From positions 1 through 24,147 of the forward strand of contig DASSKX010000344.1 in assembly GCA_035689925.1 (NCBI GenBank): 24,147 nucleotides of DNA. Direction: 5' to 3'. Under the pieces are notes generated by a model that had not been told where the DNA came from, made no database searches, and was given only the letters and a program-made list of their open reading frames with translations. Below, piece by piece: positions 16,033-24,147 of the stretch; position 1 is the first letter of the stretch, and each line of letters starts with the position of its first letter. This DNA is from Acidobacteriaceae bacterium. Its GTDB lineage: Bacteria > Acidobacteriota > Terriglobia > Terriglobales > Acidobacteriaceae. Both the position numbers and the translations under genes were made by a program.

Positions 16033-18684
16033 TCAGTTCGTGCGCAGCGCAATGATGGGATCGATCCGCGACGCACGCCGTGCCGGCAAATAGCCTGCCA
16101 GCAGCGCCACGCCGAGCAACAGGACCGCCATGCCCGCGTAGGTCACCGCATCGTTCGGCTGTGTTCCAAACAGCAGCGAGGCAATCGCACGCGACACGCC
16201 GAACGAAACGGCGCTTCCCATGACGAGTCCAATCGCCACCAGCCGCATGGTTCGGAGCAGCACGCTGCGCTGCACGCGTCCGCGGCTGGCGCCCAGAGCC
16301 ATGCGGATGCCGATCTCCTGGGTTCGGCGTGTCACGGTGTACGCGATCACGCCATAGATGCCCAGCGCGGCGAGCGTCAGTCCGAGCGTGGCGAAGATGG
16401 ACACCAGCAGGGTGAGAAACCGGCGCGGTGAGGTGGCATGGTCCACGAGGGCCTGAATCGGCTTGAACTCTGTTGCGGGCTGTCCGGGATTGATCTGCCG
16501 AAGAACACGCATGACGGTCATGGCCAGCGCAGACGGAGGCAACTTCGAGCGGATGACCAGGTTGACGCCCTCCGGGCCAAATTGCTTCGTGGCCGGCAGG
16601 TATTCCTGGGTTCCCGTGCTGTCTTCCGCGCCACTCTGGCGCACATCCTCAATGACGCCGATCACGCGGGCATCAGCGCCGCCGGTATTGGCCATCCTTC
16701 CGACCGGGTCACGGCCCGGCCAAAGCTGACGCGCCACTGCCTGGTTGATGATCACGACGTTCCGGTTGTTCGCGAGGTCGTCCCAGGTCACGTCGCGGCC
16801 CCTTACCAGGCGCATTCCCATGGCCTTCAGATAGCCGGGGGAGATGATGTAGACAAATACGCCGATGTGAGGCGAATCAGGCCGCTGTGCCTCGCCTTTG
16901 GCTGCGATTCCCCAGCCTCGGTTGCGACTCATGGGCAGATTGTCTGAGATTCCCGCTGCCTCGACGCCGGGAAGCGCGGAGACGCGGCTGACCACGTTCT
17001 GCCACATCGCCGCCTGTTTTGCAGCATTCCCACCGCTGTCGACGTCTACGCTGATGGCGGCGGCTCGGCTCGGCTCGAATCCGAGGTCCACATCAAGCAC
17101 CTTGAGAAAGCTGCGCAGCAACAGTCCTGCGCCAACGAGCAGCACGCAGGCGAGAGCCACTTCTGTAATGACAAGCGCCGAGCGCAGGCGGTCGTGCTTT
17201 CTTCCTTCGCTGGCCCCATGCCCGGTGTCCTTCAGAATTTCCTGCAGGTTGCCTCCGGCTATGCGTAACCCAGGCGCTAATCCAAACAGGATTGCCGCGA
17301 CCACAGCGACCAACAGTGTCCACACGAGTACGGTGCCATCGACGCGGGCGGTGCTGAGCAGCGGCAGAGCGATCGAGCCCTGATGAGCCAGCCAGGAAGT
17401 CAGGGCATAGGCCAGTCCAAATCCGAGAAGCGCTCCGGCTCCGGACAGCACCAGCGTCTCGGTGAGCAACTGGCGCACGAGCCGGACCCGTCCCGCGCCC
17501 AGAGCGCTCCGCATGGCAAATTCTTTGCTGCGCGCTGCTGCGCGGACAAGCAGGAGGCTGGAGAGGTTCACGCAGACGATGAGCAGGATCAGGCCGACCG
17601 CGCACCACAGGATGATCAGCGAACGGCGCAGTTTGCCGCTCACGTAGTCCTTCAGAACCGTCAGCCTGGCCGTGTATTCCGGCTTGAACTCGGGGTGAGT
17701 ATGCTCGAAGAGCAGCCGCGGGAAGATTTCATCGGCTTCCCTCTGCGCGGCCGCCAGAGTTACTCCGGGCTTGAGACGGCCAACCAGCGCCAGATCGTTT
17801 CCGTCATTGCGGAAGTCATCCATGATGTATGGCGCGAAGAGATCGATCCTCGCTCCTGGCGAAAAGACCGATCCGAAATCGAAGGTGTCGGGCAACACCC
17901 CGATGACGGTCACGGAGGTGTTGTTGTAATTCACTGTTCGGCCGACGATGCTGCGATCGGAATGGAACTGGCGCTTCCAGTACGGATAGCTGAGCAGGAC
18001 CACGGGTTGAGCATGCTTCACAAATTCTTCGGGCCGGAACAGCCGACCGAGAGCCGGCTCAACAGCCAGGGTTTGAAAGAAATTCTCCGCAACCAGGATG
18101 CCGGTCGCCGGCAACGGCTGGCCATTGCCAATGAGCTTGAAGTTATCGGGGCCGGTAAAAGCGAAGTAGCCGCTCACAGACTGGAAAGAGCGGTTCTGCT
18201 GCTGGAAATCCTGGGTTGCGTCGGCGGTATACGTTTTACCCGACTCGTTCGTGCCGCCTGTTTTCTCCACGATGCGCACCAGACGGTCCGGCTGGGGGAA
18301 CGGCAAGGGTCGCAGCAGAATCGCGTTGACGACGCTGAAAACCGCGACGTTGGCGCCTATGCCCAGCGCCAGGATCAGCACTGCGACGATCGTGAACGCG
18401 AGGTCTCTGCGCAGGGTCCTGAAGGTGAAGCGCAGGTCCTGCCCCAGCACGTCGAGGAAGGGGAGTCCGCGCGCTTCCCGCTGACGCTCGCGCGCCTGCT
18501 GCACGCCGCCGAAATGGGCCAGAGCCTGCCGGCGCGCCTCTTCCGGCGTCATGCCTCTGCGGAGATTGTCCTCGATGGCCATGTCGAGATGCGAGGCCAT
18601 CTCCGCATCGAGTTCCTGATCCAGTGCGCCTCTGAGAAAGGAGGCCCGCACCCGGTTCCAGCTCTGACGGATTCGATCTTTCAT
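16033..18684 (-). CDS. ABC permease, Acidobacterial duplicated orphan permease (ADOP; MacB_PCD/FtsX duplicated)
   Basis: N-terminal prefix domain (ELDAEMASHLDM..GMTPEEARRQA..FGG), two MacB/FtsX units (KEFAMRSALGAGR; QEIGIRMALGASR), C-terminal PARRASRIDPIIALR; no ATPase gene nearby. Confidence 0.92.
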   Translation of the reverse strand: MKDRIRQSWNRVRASFLRGALDQELDAEMASHLDMAIEDNLRRGMTPEEARRQALAHFGGVQQARERQREARGLPFLDVLGQDLRFTFRTLRRDLAFTIVAVLILALGIGANVAVFSVVNAILLRPLPFPQPDRLVRIVEKTGGTNESGKTYTADATQDFQQQNRSFQSVSGYFAFTGPDNFKLIGNGQPLPATGILVAENFFQTLAVEPALGRLFRPEEFVKHAQPVVLLSYPYWKRQFHSDRSIVGRTVNYNNTSVTVIGVLPDTFDFGSVFSPGARIDLFAPYIMDDFRNDGNDLALVGRLKPGVTLAAAQREADEIFPRLLFEHTHPEFKPEYTARLTVLKDYVSGKLRRSLIILWCAVGLILLIVCVNLSSLLLVRAAARSKEFAMRSALGAGRVRLVRQLLTETLVLSGAGALLGFGLAYALTSWLAHQGSIALPLLSTARVDGTVLVWTLLVAVVAAILFGLAPGLRIAGGNLQEILKDTGHGASEGRKHDRLRSALVITEVALACVLLVGAGLLLRSFLKVLDVDLGFEPSRAAAISVDVDSGGNAAKQAAMWQNVVSRVSALPGVEAAGISDNLPMSRNRGWGIAAKGEAQRPDSPHIGVFVYIISPGYLKAMGMRLVRGRDVTWDDLANNRNVVIINQAVARQLWPGRDPVGRMANTGGADARVIGVIEDVRQSGAEDSTGTQEYLPATKQFGPEGVNLVIRSKLPPSALAMTVMRVLRQINPGQPATEFKPIQALVDHATSPRRFLTLLVSIFATLGLTLAALGIYGVIAYTVTRRTQEIGIRMALGASRGRVQRSVLLRTMRLVAIGLVMGSAVSFGVSRAIASLLFGTQPNDAVTYAGMAVLLLGVALLAGYLPARRASRIDPIIALRTN

Positions 18685-19034
18685 CGCTCGCCGCCTTCCG
18701 GTTCCATCGCCAGCACGCGCCCCATCACGGCGGAGAGTCGCTGCCAGTACGCGGCATCCTCGGCCAGTTGCTTCCGTCCTCGCCGGGTGATTGAGTAGAA
18801 CTTCGCCTTGCGGTTGTTATCGGAGGTGCCCCATTCCCCCTCAATCCAGCCTCGCTGCTGCAGGCGCACGAGCGAGGCATAGATGGTGCCCTGGTTCAGC
18901 AGCACCTCGTTGCCGCTGACCTGCTCGATGCGCCGCGCAATCCCATACCCATGCTGCGTGCCCATCGCGGCGAGCGTCTGCAGCACCATCAGATCGAGAG
19001 TTCCCTGCAGCAGGTCCAGTTTGGAATCCGGCAT
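18681..19034 (-). CDS. PadR-family transcriptional regulator (Acidobacterial type)
   Basis: LLQGTLDLMVL, HGYGIARRIEQ, QGTIYASLVRL, GTSDNNRKAKFYSIT; SD AGGAG; ATGA overlap with the permease. Confidence 0.92.
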   Translation of the reverse strand: MPDSKLDLLQGTLDLMVLQTLAAMGTQHGYGIARRIEQVSGNEVLLNQGTIYASLVRLQQRGWIEGEWGTSDNNRKAKFYSITRRGRKQLAEDAAYWQRLSAVMGRVLAMEPEGGER

Positions 19035-19042
19035 TTGTACTC

Positions 19043-19092
19043 CTGTGTTATGACCACAGCAGTATGTCACACTTCCTGTGGCTACGCCACAG
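19043..19092. promoter_or_regulatory. Two palindromic CTGTG-N7-CACAG operators flanking an extended -10 (TGACATACT, minus, 19061-19069)
   Basis: CTGTGttatgacCACAG 19043-19059 and CTGTGgctacgcCACAG 19076-19092, 33 bp apart; the proximal copy overlaps the padR SD. Confidence 0.7.
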
Positions 19093-19109
19093 AGGTCCGT
19101 CCCCTCCCA

Positions 19110-19138
19110 ATAGAAACGGCCGGCGCAGCGCCGGCCGT
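19110..19138 (-). terminator. Probable intrinsic terminator of the large lipoprotein gene
   Basis: 10-bp GC stem ACGGCCGGCG-ctg-CGCCGGCCGT followed on the minus strand by TTCTATT (weak U tract). Confidence 0.5.
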
Positions 19139-19159
19139 CTCGGTGGACTGCATTTCCGG

Positions 19160-21574
19160 TTATGTCGTCGGGCGGCTCTTCACTGCCAGGAACTGCGCGG
19201 GGACCCGGGCGCCGCTCGCGTTGCTCAGCTTCGGATCGATGGTCTGCGTGTCGGTGAGCGTCGACGTGTTCACCATGTGGACGAGATTGTCGCCGCTGGT
19301 GCTGGCGAAGAAGATCGACCCGTCGGGGGAGAAGATGCCGGCGACTGGAGCCGCCGCACCCGAAGAGAGTTGAACGGTATTCAGCGTTCCGAAGGCGCCG
19401 GTCGTCGTTCCCGGGACGTAGTAGGGCAGCGCGCCGGTGCCGCCTGCGCCCTGGTAGGTAACGAAGGCCAGGTTCGCGTAGGGCGAGCTGACGACCTGAT
19501 CGATCTCCGAAGCCGTGATCGGCAGCGCAGCGGTGTTGAAGCTGGTGCTGATGGTCAGAGGCGCGCCTTTGAAGTCGGGGCAGGCGCCGGTGGGCGGCCC
19601 AGGTGCGGTTTGGCTGGTCGCCGCATCGGTGTGCTGCAGCCAGATGTCCGAGAACGTCGTCGGATTCGCGCCGAGGATGTGGAATCCATCCGGCGTCGAT
19701 GTGATCTGGGTCGTCGCGGTCCCGGTCTCTCCGGCGGGTGGATAGTAGACGGGGTTGGAGCTGGCGTTCGGGCAGTAGCTGCGCGCGGCCGTGGTGTTGC
19801 CGCTCAGGAAGGCTCCGACTTCCGGCGTGGTGACCGCGACAGCGCCGCCGCAGAACGGGTCAAAATTGGGATTGTAGGCCGGATAAGCAGCCGAGCCGCC
19901 GGCTTCCAGCGCGCAGTTGTAGGTGGGCTGGTTCGTCAGCGGATAGCTGGTCCAGCCGCTGTTGGCGTTAAAGACAAACAGCGTGTTCTGGCCGGTCGCG
20001 GGATCCTGGCCGCTGATGTAAATCGTCTCCCCGTCCGGCGAGTACTCCGCATGATGTCCGATGCCGCCGGTGCTGGTGATGGCGCCTTTGTCGGTCGAGT
20101 ACAGATAGATGACCTGCCGCAGCTGATCGTTGACGACGACCGTGGCGCCCGTGGGGCTGACGCCGAGGACCACGCCAGGCACACCCGGCACCTCCTTCGA
20201 CAGCTGGTTGTTGGCGGCTGAGTAGATCATCAGCTCGTGATAGCTGCCGAAGTAAAGACTGTTGCCGGCGTCGTCCATCACCATGGAGTTGGGCGTGTAC
20301 GGCAACTGGATGGGAGCGCCGACGGCGCCGGTGAGCAGATCGACCTGCGAGAAGTACTGCGACTGCGACGAAGCCATCCAGATCTTGTTGCTGACGCGGC
20401 CGGGCGAGTTGACGGTGAGCACGTTCGACGCGATCGGCATGCCATTGCCCAGCAGGCCAACCAGGTTGATCGGCGACGGATTGCACGAGGGAGGCTGGCA
20501 GACCGCGCTCACGTAGGCGTGGCTCGGGAAGGTGGCGGTGATTACGCCGGTAGCGTTCACGCTCAGGTTCTGCGGCTGGCTGGAGGCGTAATTCAGCGTC
20601 AGGCCGGTGATGTTGTTGCCGGCCGTGTCCTTGATGCTCGCCTGCACAGTCTGGGGCGAGCTGGGCGTCACGTTCACGGTCGACGATCCGTTCACCGCCA
20701 GCGTGATCGTCGCCGGAGGGCAGGTCGAGAAGAAGCCCGCCGCCGAGGTCACGTCGGATGTGGTGGCAGAAATCACCGTGGAACCCGGCAGATTGGCCGT
20801 GGCGGTCCCGTTGGGGTTAGTGATGGTCTGCGTTCCGGTGACCGGATTGGGATTCGTGGGATTGGTGGTGTTGTTGATCGAAACCACATCCTTATTCACG
20901 GCCGTGTACTGGATGGTTCCGATGTTCGCGGAGGGGCTGGTGCAGGCGACGGTGGTCGGGCTGCACAGCGTGACGCCGCCCGGACCCGCGACCGTCGTCT
21001 CGGCGAGCAGCGACTGCGGCGGGGTTTGGCCGTGGGAGAGGCAGCTCGTCTGACTGGGAATGGTGATCGAAGTGATGGGCGGATGGATATAGAGGTTGAC
21101 GGGGTTGGTGGTGACCCCGCCGCCGGAGGCGGTGATCTGCGCGGTACCGCAGCTGGTGCTGGTGCAGCCTTTGAAGCCGGAGAGGACAGCGCCGGAGGGT
21201 GGCGTGCAGACGCTGAAGTTGGGGATGCCGCCGGGGCTGTTGCGGTTCCACGTGCCGGCACAGATCTGGCCGTTCGGAGAGATGTCCGCCAGCTGCAGGT
21301 TGGAGCTGGCGTAGGTCCAGTTGAGGACCGTGGCGGTGCTGCCGGTGCAGGTGTACGCGGTAGGAGCGCCCACGGTGCCCGTCTGTCCCCAGGCGAGCGA
21401 GAGGCCGGTGGCCTCAGGCTGCATCGTGGCGTAGACGGCCTGCGTATTGAGCACGCCATAGGCGTGGCCGTTCACCGTGCAGTAGTTGTTCGGGTTATGG
21501 CCGCAGCCCGCGATAGAGAGTCCAACCGGAAATGAAAAGACGACCAGGACTGCAAAAGCAAAAAACCGCCGCAT
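19160..21574 (-). CDS. Large surface lipoprotein: about three Ig-like (Big_2-type) domains + beta-propeller
   Basis: ATG 21574 with SD GGAGG; lipobox IAG-C24; Ig-like segments (WTYASSNLQLADISPNGQICA; LNYASSQPQNLSVNATGVITA); propeller blades (YSPDGETIYIS, FSPDGSIFFAS); Thr/Ser/Asn-rich. Confidence 0.8.
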   Translation of the reverse strand: MRRFFAFAVLVVFSFPVGLSIAGCGHNPNNYCTVNGHAYGVLNTQAVYATMQPEATGLSLAWGQTGTVGAPTAYTCTGSTATVLNWTYASSNLQLADISPNGQICAGTWNRNSPGGIPNFSVCTPPSGAVLSGFKGCTSTSCGTAQITASGGGVTTNPVNLYIHPPITSITIPSQTSCLSHGQTPPQSLLAETTVAGPGGVTLCSPTTVACTSPSANIGTIQYTAVNKDVVSINNTTNPTNPNPVTGTQTITNPNGTATANLPGSTVISATTSDVTSAAGFFSTCPPATITLAVNGSSTVNVTPSSPQTVQASIKDTAGNNITGLTLNYASSQPQNLSVNATGVITATFPSHAYVSAVCQPPSCNPSPINLVGLLGNGMPIASNVLTVNSPGRVSNKIWMASSQSQYFSQVDLLTGAVGAPIQLPYTPNSMVMDDAGNSLYFGSYHELMIYSAANNQLSKEVPGVPGVVLGVSPTGATVVVNDQLRQVIYLYSTDKGAITSTGGIGHHAEYSPDGETIYISGQDPATGQNTLFVFNANSGWTSYPLTNQPTYNCALEAGGSAAYPAYNPNFDPFCGGAVAVTTPEVGAFLSGNTTAARSYCPNASSNPVYYPPAGETGTATTQITSTPDGFHILGANPTTFSDIWLQHTDAATSQTAPGPPTGACPDFKGAPLTISTSFNTAALPITASEIDQVVSSPYANLAFVTYQGAGGTGALPYYVPGTTTGAFGTLNTVQLSSGAAAPVAGIFSPDGSIFFASTSGDNLVHMVNTSTLTDTQTIDPKLSNASGARVPAQFLAVKSRPTT

Positions 21575-21738
21575 GAAACCTCCCCGCCTGAGCAGTCCAG
21601 CCACCCAGACGGTCAAACAACCCCAGCCTGCCGCATTCGAACCCGGGAAATGCGCCGGTCGCGGGCGAGGCGCGAAGGCCTCTGCTGAGCCGCCGACCTG
21701 TCGATGCAGCACGCTGTCAAAATAACCGGGTGCGATTC

Positions 21739-21765
21739 AGGATAACAGAGCAGAAGTGCCGTCAA
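21739..21765 (-). promoter_or_regulatory. sigma70-type promoter candidate for the lipoprotein gene
   Basis: TTGACG-15 nt-TATCCT with the TG extension (TGTTATCCT); the spacer is short. Confidence 0.45.
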
Positions 21766-21794
21766 AAAGCGGACGGCGGCCCCTGCTGCGCACG

Positions 21795-21825
21795 AAAAAG
21801 CCGGCTGCATTGGGACGCGGCCGGC
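21795..21825 (-). terminator. Intrinsic terminator of the S9 peptidase gene
   Basis: Minus strand GCCGGCCGCG-tcccaa-TGCAGCCGGC-TTTTT, about 56 nt after the stop. Confidence 0.65.
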
Positions 21826-21881
21826 GTGATTCGGTGAGCAGAAACCCTGCCTCGAAAACCAGGAGACATGGGGCACCCCGG

Positions 21882-23963
21882 CTATTGCGTCTGTGCCGTC
21901 TGGTGCGTATCAGACTCAGGCATATACAGGTTGAACCATTCGATGGCGCGCTCCAGCACGTCGCGGCGGTGCTCGGGGCTGACGAAGCCGTGTCCCTCAT
22001 TCGGATAGACGACCAGCTGCGTGGTCACGCCGAGGTCGCGCAGCGCGTGCCAGAACTCAAAGGACTGCGGCGCGGGGCATTCGCCGTCGCGATCGCCCAC
22101 GACCACCAGGGTTGGCGTTTTCACGTTGGTGATGAAGTTGATCGCCGAGCTTTTCGCGTAGACCTTCGGGTCCTCATATACCGAGGCGCCGAAGAAGGGG
22201 ATCATCCACTGGTCGATGGAGTTCTCGCCGTAGTAGCTGAGCCAGTCCGACAGGCCGGCGCCGGAGACCGCCGCGCGGAAGCGGTGGGTCTGGGTAACGG
22301 CGAACATGGTCATGAAGCCGCCGTAGCTCCAGCCGGTGATGCCGATGCGGTGGTTGTCGATGGGGTACTGCTTCTCGACGGCATCGACCCCGGCGAGGAT
22401 GTCGCGCAGATCACCGTAGCCGAAGTCCTTGCGATTCGCCTGGGTGAAGGCCTCGCCCTGTCCGTAGCTGCCGCGCGGGTTCGGCATGAGCACGAAGTAA
22501 CCCATGGCCGAGAGAGGCTCCGGGCCGTATCCGGCGTTGGGCCAGCGCGGCATGTTCGCCGAGGAGGGGCCGCCGTGGACGTAGACAACCATCGGATACC
22601 TCTTTGCCGGATCGTAGTGCGCGGGCTCGAGGAGCCAGCCCTGGACGTGGAAGCCTTCGTTGGTCCAGTTGATGGACTTCGCCTGTCCCCAGAGGGGCCT
22701 GAGCCCGTCGTTGACGTGGGTGATCTGCTTCATGTGCATCAGGTCGCCGGCCCAGACCTCCGGCGGCTCAGAGAAGGACTCGCGGACGAAGGCAATCGTG
22801 TTGTCGTCGGCAGAGGTGGCGACGCGCATGTGCAGGCCGCCGGCGCCGATGGTGTCGGGCAGCGTGAGGCTGTCGTCGGGCGAGTCCTGGTGCGTCGCGA
22901 GGTTGTAGACGAAGAGATGCGAATCGCCGCCTTTGACCTCCGCGATGCCGAGGCGTTGATTGTCGATCCAGGTGAACCAGCCGGGCGTGGCGTTGCGGTT
23001 CGGGGTCTGGTCGACGGGGTCACCGCCGGTGGCTGGGATCGTCCAGATATCGCCGCCGGTCGAGCCCTGGTCGGACATCAGGCCGCCGATGAAGGCGATG
23101 CGGGAGCCGTCGGGCGACCAGCGCGGGACGGCAATCTGTAATCCGTGGAGCGGGCCGGGAACGGTTTGCGTGTCGAGAATGGCGGTGGGATGGCCGTCAA
23201 TGGGCTGCGTGTAGAGCTTCGCCACCCACCAGTTGTTCTCGCCCGGTGGCGGCGCGGCGACGTAGGTGAGCTTCGTCGCGTCCTTCGACCAGGAATATTC
23301 GTAGACGTAAAGATTGTCGGGGGTGATCTGGCGCAGTTGGCCGCCGGCAGCATCGACGAGCGCAATGCGTTTCACCTCCAGCCCCTCGACGCCGATGACG
23401 CCGGCGGGCGGCTTTTCCGCGGCGAGCGGGCTGGGCTCGCGCGTGGCGCCTTCTACATAAATGATGGTGAGGTATTTGCCGTCCGGCGACCAGGAAAGGT
23501 CCTCTGCGACGCCGTTCAGCTCCGCCAGCGCGTGCGGAGCGGCGCTGCCCGAAACATCCGCGAGGAAAATGGCCGTCTTGTGGTCCTGCGTGCAGTCGGA
23601 GAAGAAGGCCAGCTTCGACGAGTCGGGCGAGAAGATCGCGTCGCTTTCCTCGCCGCGCATGCCGTCGCCACAGGCGGTGATGCTCCGCGGCGACGCAGCG
23701 TCGGCGAGCGAGGCCAGCTGAATGCCATGGCCACCACTACGGCCCCGGCCGCCGCTGCTCCAGGCGATGAACTTGCCGTCGGGCGAGAGATTCACCTCGC
23801 TGATCATCTTCGCTTTGCCGAGGTCCTGCAGGAGCTGCGCGACGCGGGGGTCGTGCGGAGGATTGACGGGCGGCGCTTGCGCCTGCACCGCCGTGACAGC
23901 AACAAGCAGAGCAGCGAAGGGGAGCATCCGGAGGCAGGCCACGCGGGGAGCGTGCGTTTTCAT
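21882..23963 (-). CDS. Secreted S9 family (prolyl oligopeptidase / acylaminoacyl peptidase-like) serine peptidase
   Basis: Signal peptide; WSPDG/FSPDS propeller repeats; VHGGP, NPRGSYGQG, nucleophile GWSYGG, Asp in GDRDGEC, His in EGHGF. Confidence 0.93.
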   Translation of the reverse strand: MKTHAPRVACLRMLPFAALLVAVTAVQAQAPPVNPPHDPRVAQLLQDLGKAKMISEVNLSPDGKFIAWSSGGRGRSGGHGIQLASLADAASPRSITACGDGMRGEESDAIFSPDSSKLAFFSDCTQDHKTAIFLADVSGSAAPHALAELNGVAEDLSWSPDGKYLTIIYVEGATREPSPLAAEKPPAGVIGVEGLEVKRIALVDAAGGQLRQITPDNLYVYEYSWSKDATKLTYVAAPPPGENNWWVAKLYTQPIDGHPTAILDTQTVPGPLHGLQIAVPRWSPDGSRIAFIGGLMSDQGSTGGDIWTIPATGGDPVDQTPNRNATPGWFTWIDNQRLGIAEVKGGDSHLFVYNLATHQDSPDDSLTLPDTIGAGGLHMRVATSADDNTIAFVRESFSEPPEVWAGDLMHMKQITHVNDGLRPLWGQAKSINWTNEGFHVQGWLLEPAHYDPAKRYPMVVYVHGGPSSANMPRWPNAGYGPEPLSAMGYFVLMPNPRGSYGQGEAFTQANRKDFGYGDLRDILAGVDAVEKQYPIDNHRIGITGWSYGGFMTMFAVTQTHRFRAAVSGAGLSDWLSYYGENSIDQWMIPFFGASVYEDPKVYAKSSAINFITNVKTPTLVVVGDRDGECPAPQSFEFWHALRDLGVTTQLVVYPNEGHGFVSPEHRRDVLERAIEWFNLYMPESDTHQTAQTQ

Positions 23964-23970
23964 GGACGGA

Positions 23971-24020
23971 TTTATACCAGAGCCAACGCGCCGCTTGCCT
24001 TACCTGAAGTCGCATATCAT
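23971..24020. promoter_or_regulatory. Divergent leaderless-type -10 elements
   Basis: TGGTATAAA (minus, 23971-23979) 7 nt before ATG 23963; TATCAT (plus, 24015-24020) 6 nt before ATG 24027; neither gene has an SD. Confidence 0.55.
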
Positions 24021-24026
24021 GCGGCT

Positions 24027-24147
24027 ATGACCGAGGTGGAGATCCGGACGGCGTGGTTCGGCGGCGCCGGCGACGACACGGAGTTGTGCCGCACGCTGAT
24101 GCGCGAGTACGCCACGCATCTGAATGCGTCGGTGGGCGGCGAGCACA
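24027..24147 (+). CDS. N-terminus of a probable GNAT acetyltransferase (3'-truncated; absent from the ORF track)
   Basis: Open frame MTEVEIRTAWFGGAGDDTELCRTLMREYATHLNASVGGEH; R.L.REYA..L resembles the first helix of a common GNAT subfamily. Only 40 codons are visible. Confidence 0.5.
   Translation, partial: MTEVEIRTAWFGGAGDDTELCRTLMREYATHLNASVGGEH

Noticed and set aside
21630-21646. GGGTTCGAAT on the minus strand, resembling a tRNA T-loop
   Set aside because: The flanking T-stem does not pair (CCGGG vs GCGGC), and no acceptor, D or anticodon arms can be built.
19160-21712. ORF-track upstream extensions (also 716, 4262, 5801, 7160, 7346, 9433, 10501, 19070)
   Set aside because: Downstream starts have an SD, signal peptide or family-consistent N-terminus, while the extensions run through promoter regions or neighbouring genes.

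Overview
GC-rich bacterial chromosomal window, very probably Acidobacteriota (inferred from the PadR + duplicated orphan permease pair and the style of the TonB and outer-membrane genes). Left to right: 3' part of a LysR regulator; two convergent small outer-membrane beta-barrel genes sharing a bidirectional terminator; a minus-strand tonB followed by a secreted LolA-like/M48-like protein whose zinc motif is degenerate; galE; a divergent DUF427/DUF4188 pair; an M20 dipeptidase; an MNT-HEPN toxin-antitoxin pair; a VanZ-family gene; an NtrC-type sigma54 regulator, sensor kinase and Pro-rich lipoprotein operon; a ~220-nt highly structured intergenic element with its own candidate promoter; nadK; padR + ADOP permease with twin palindromic operators; a large Cys-rich Ig/beta-propeller lipoprotein; an S9 peptidase; and the start of a probable GNAT gene. 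No rRNA, tRNA, CRISPR array, integrase or transposase was seen. All family assignments come from motif reading by eye, not database searches. Best leads: the TonB(SxxxN) + pseudo-M48 envelope module, the three-component signalling operon, the structured RNA next to it, and the PadR operators.
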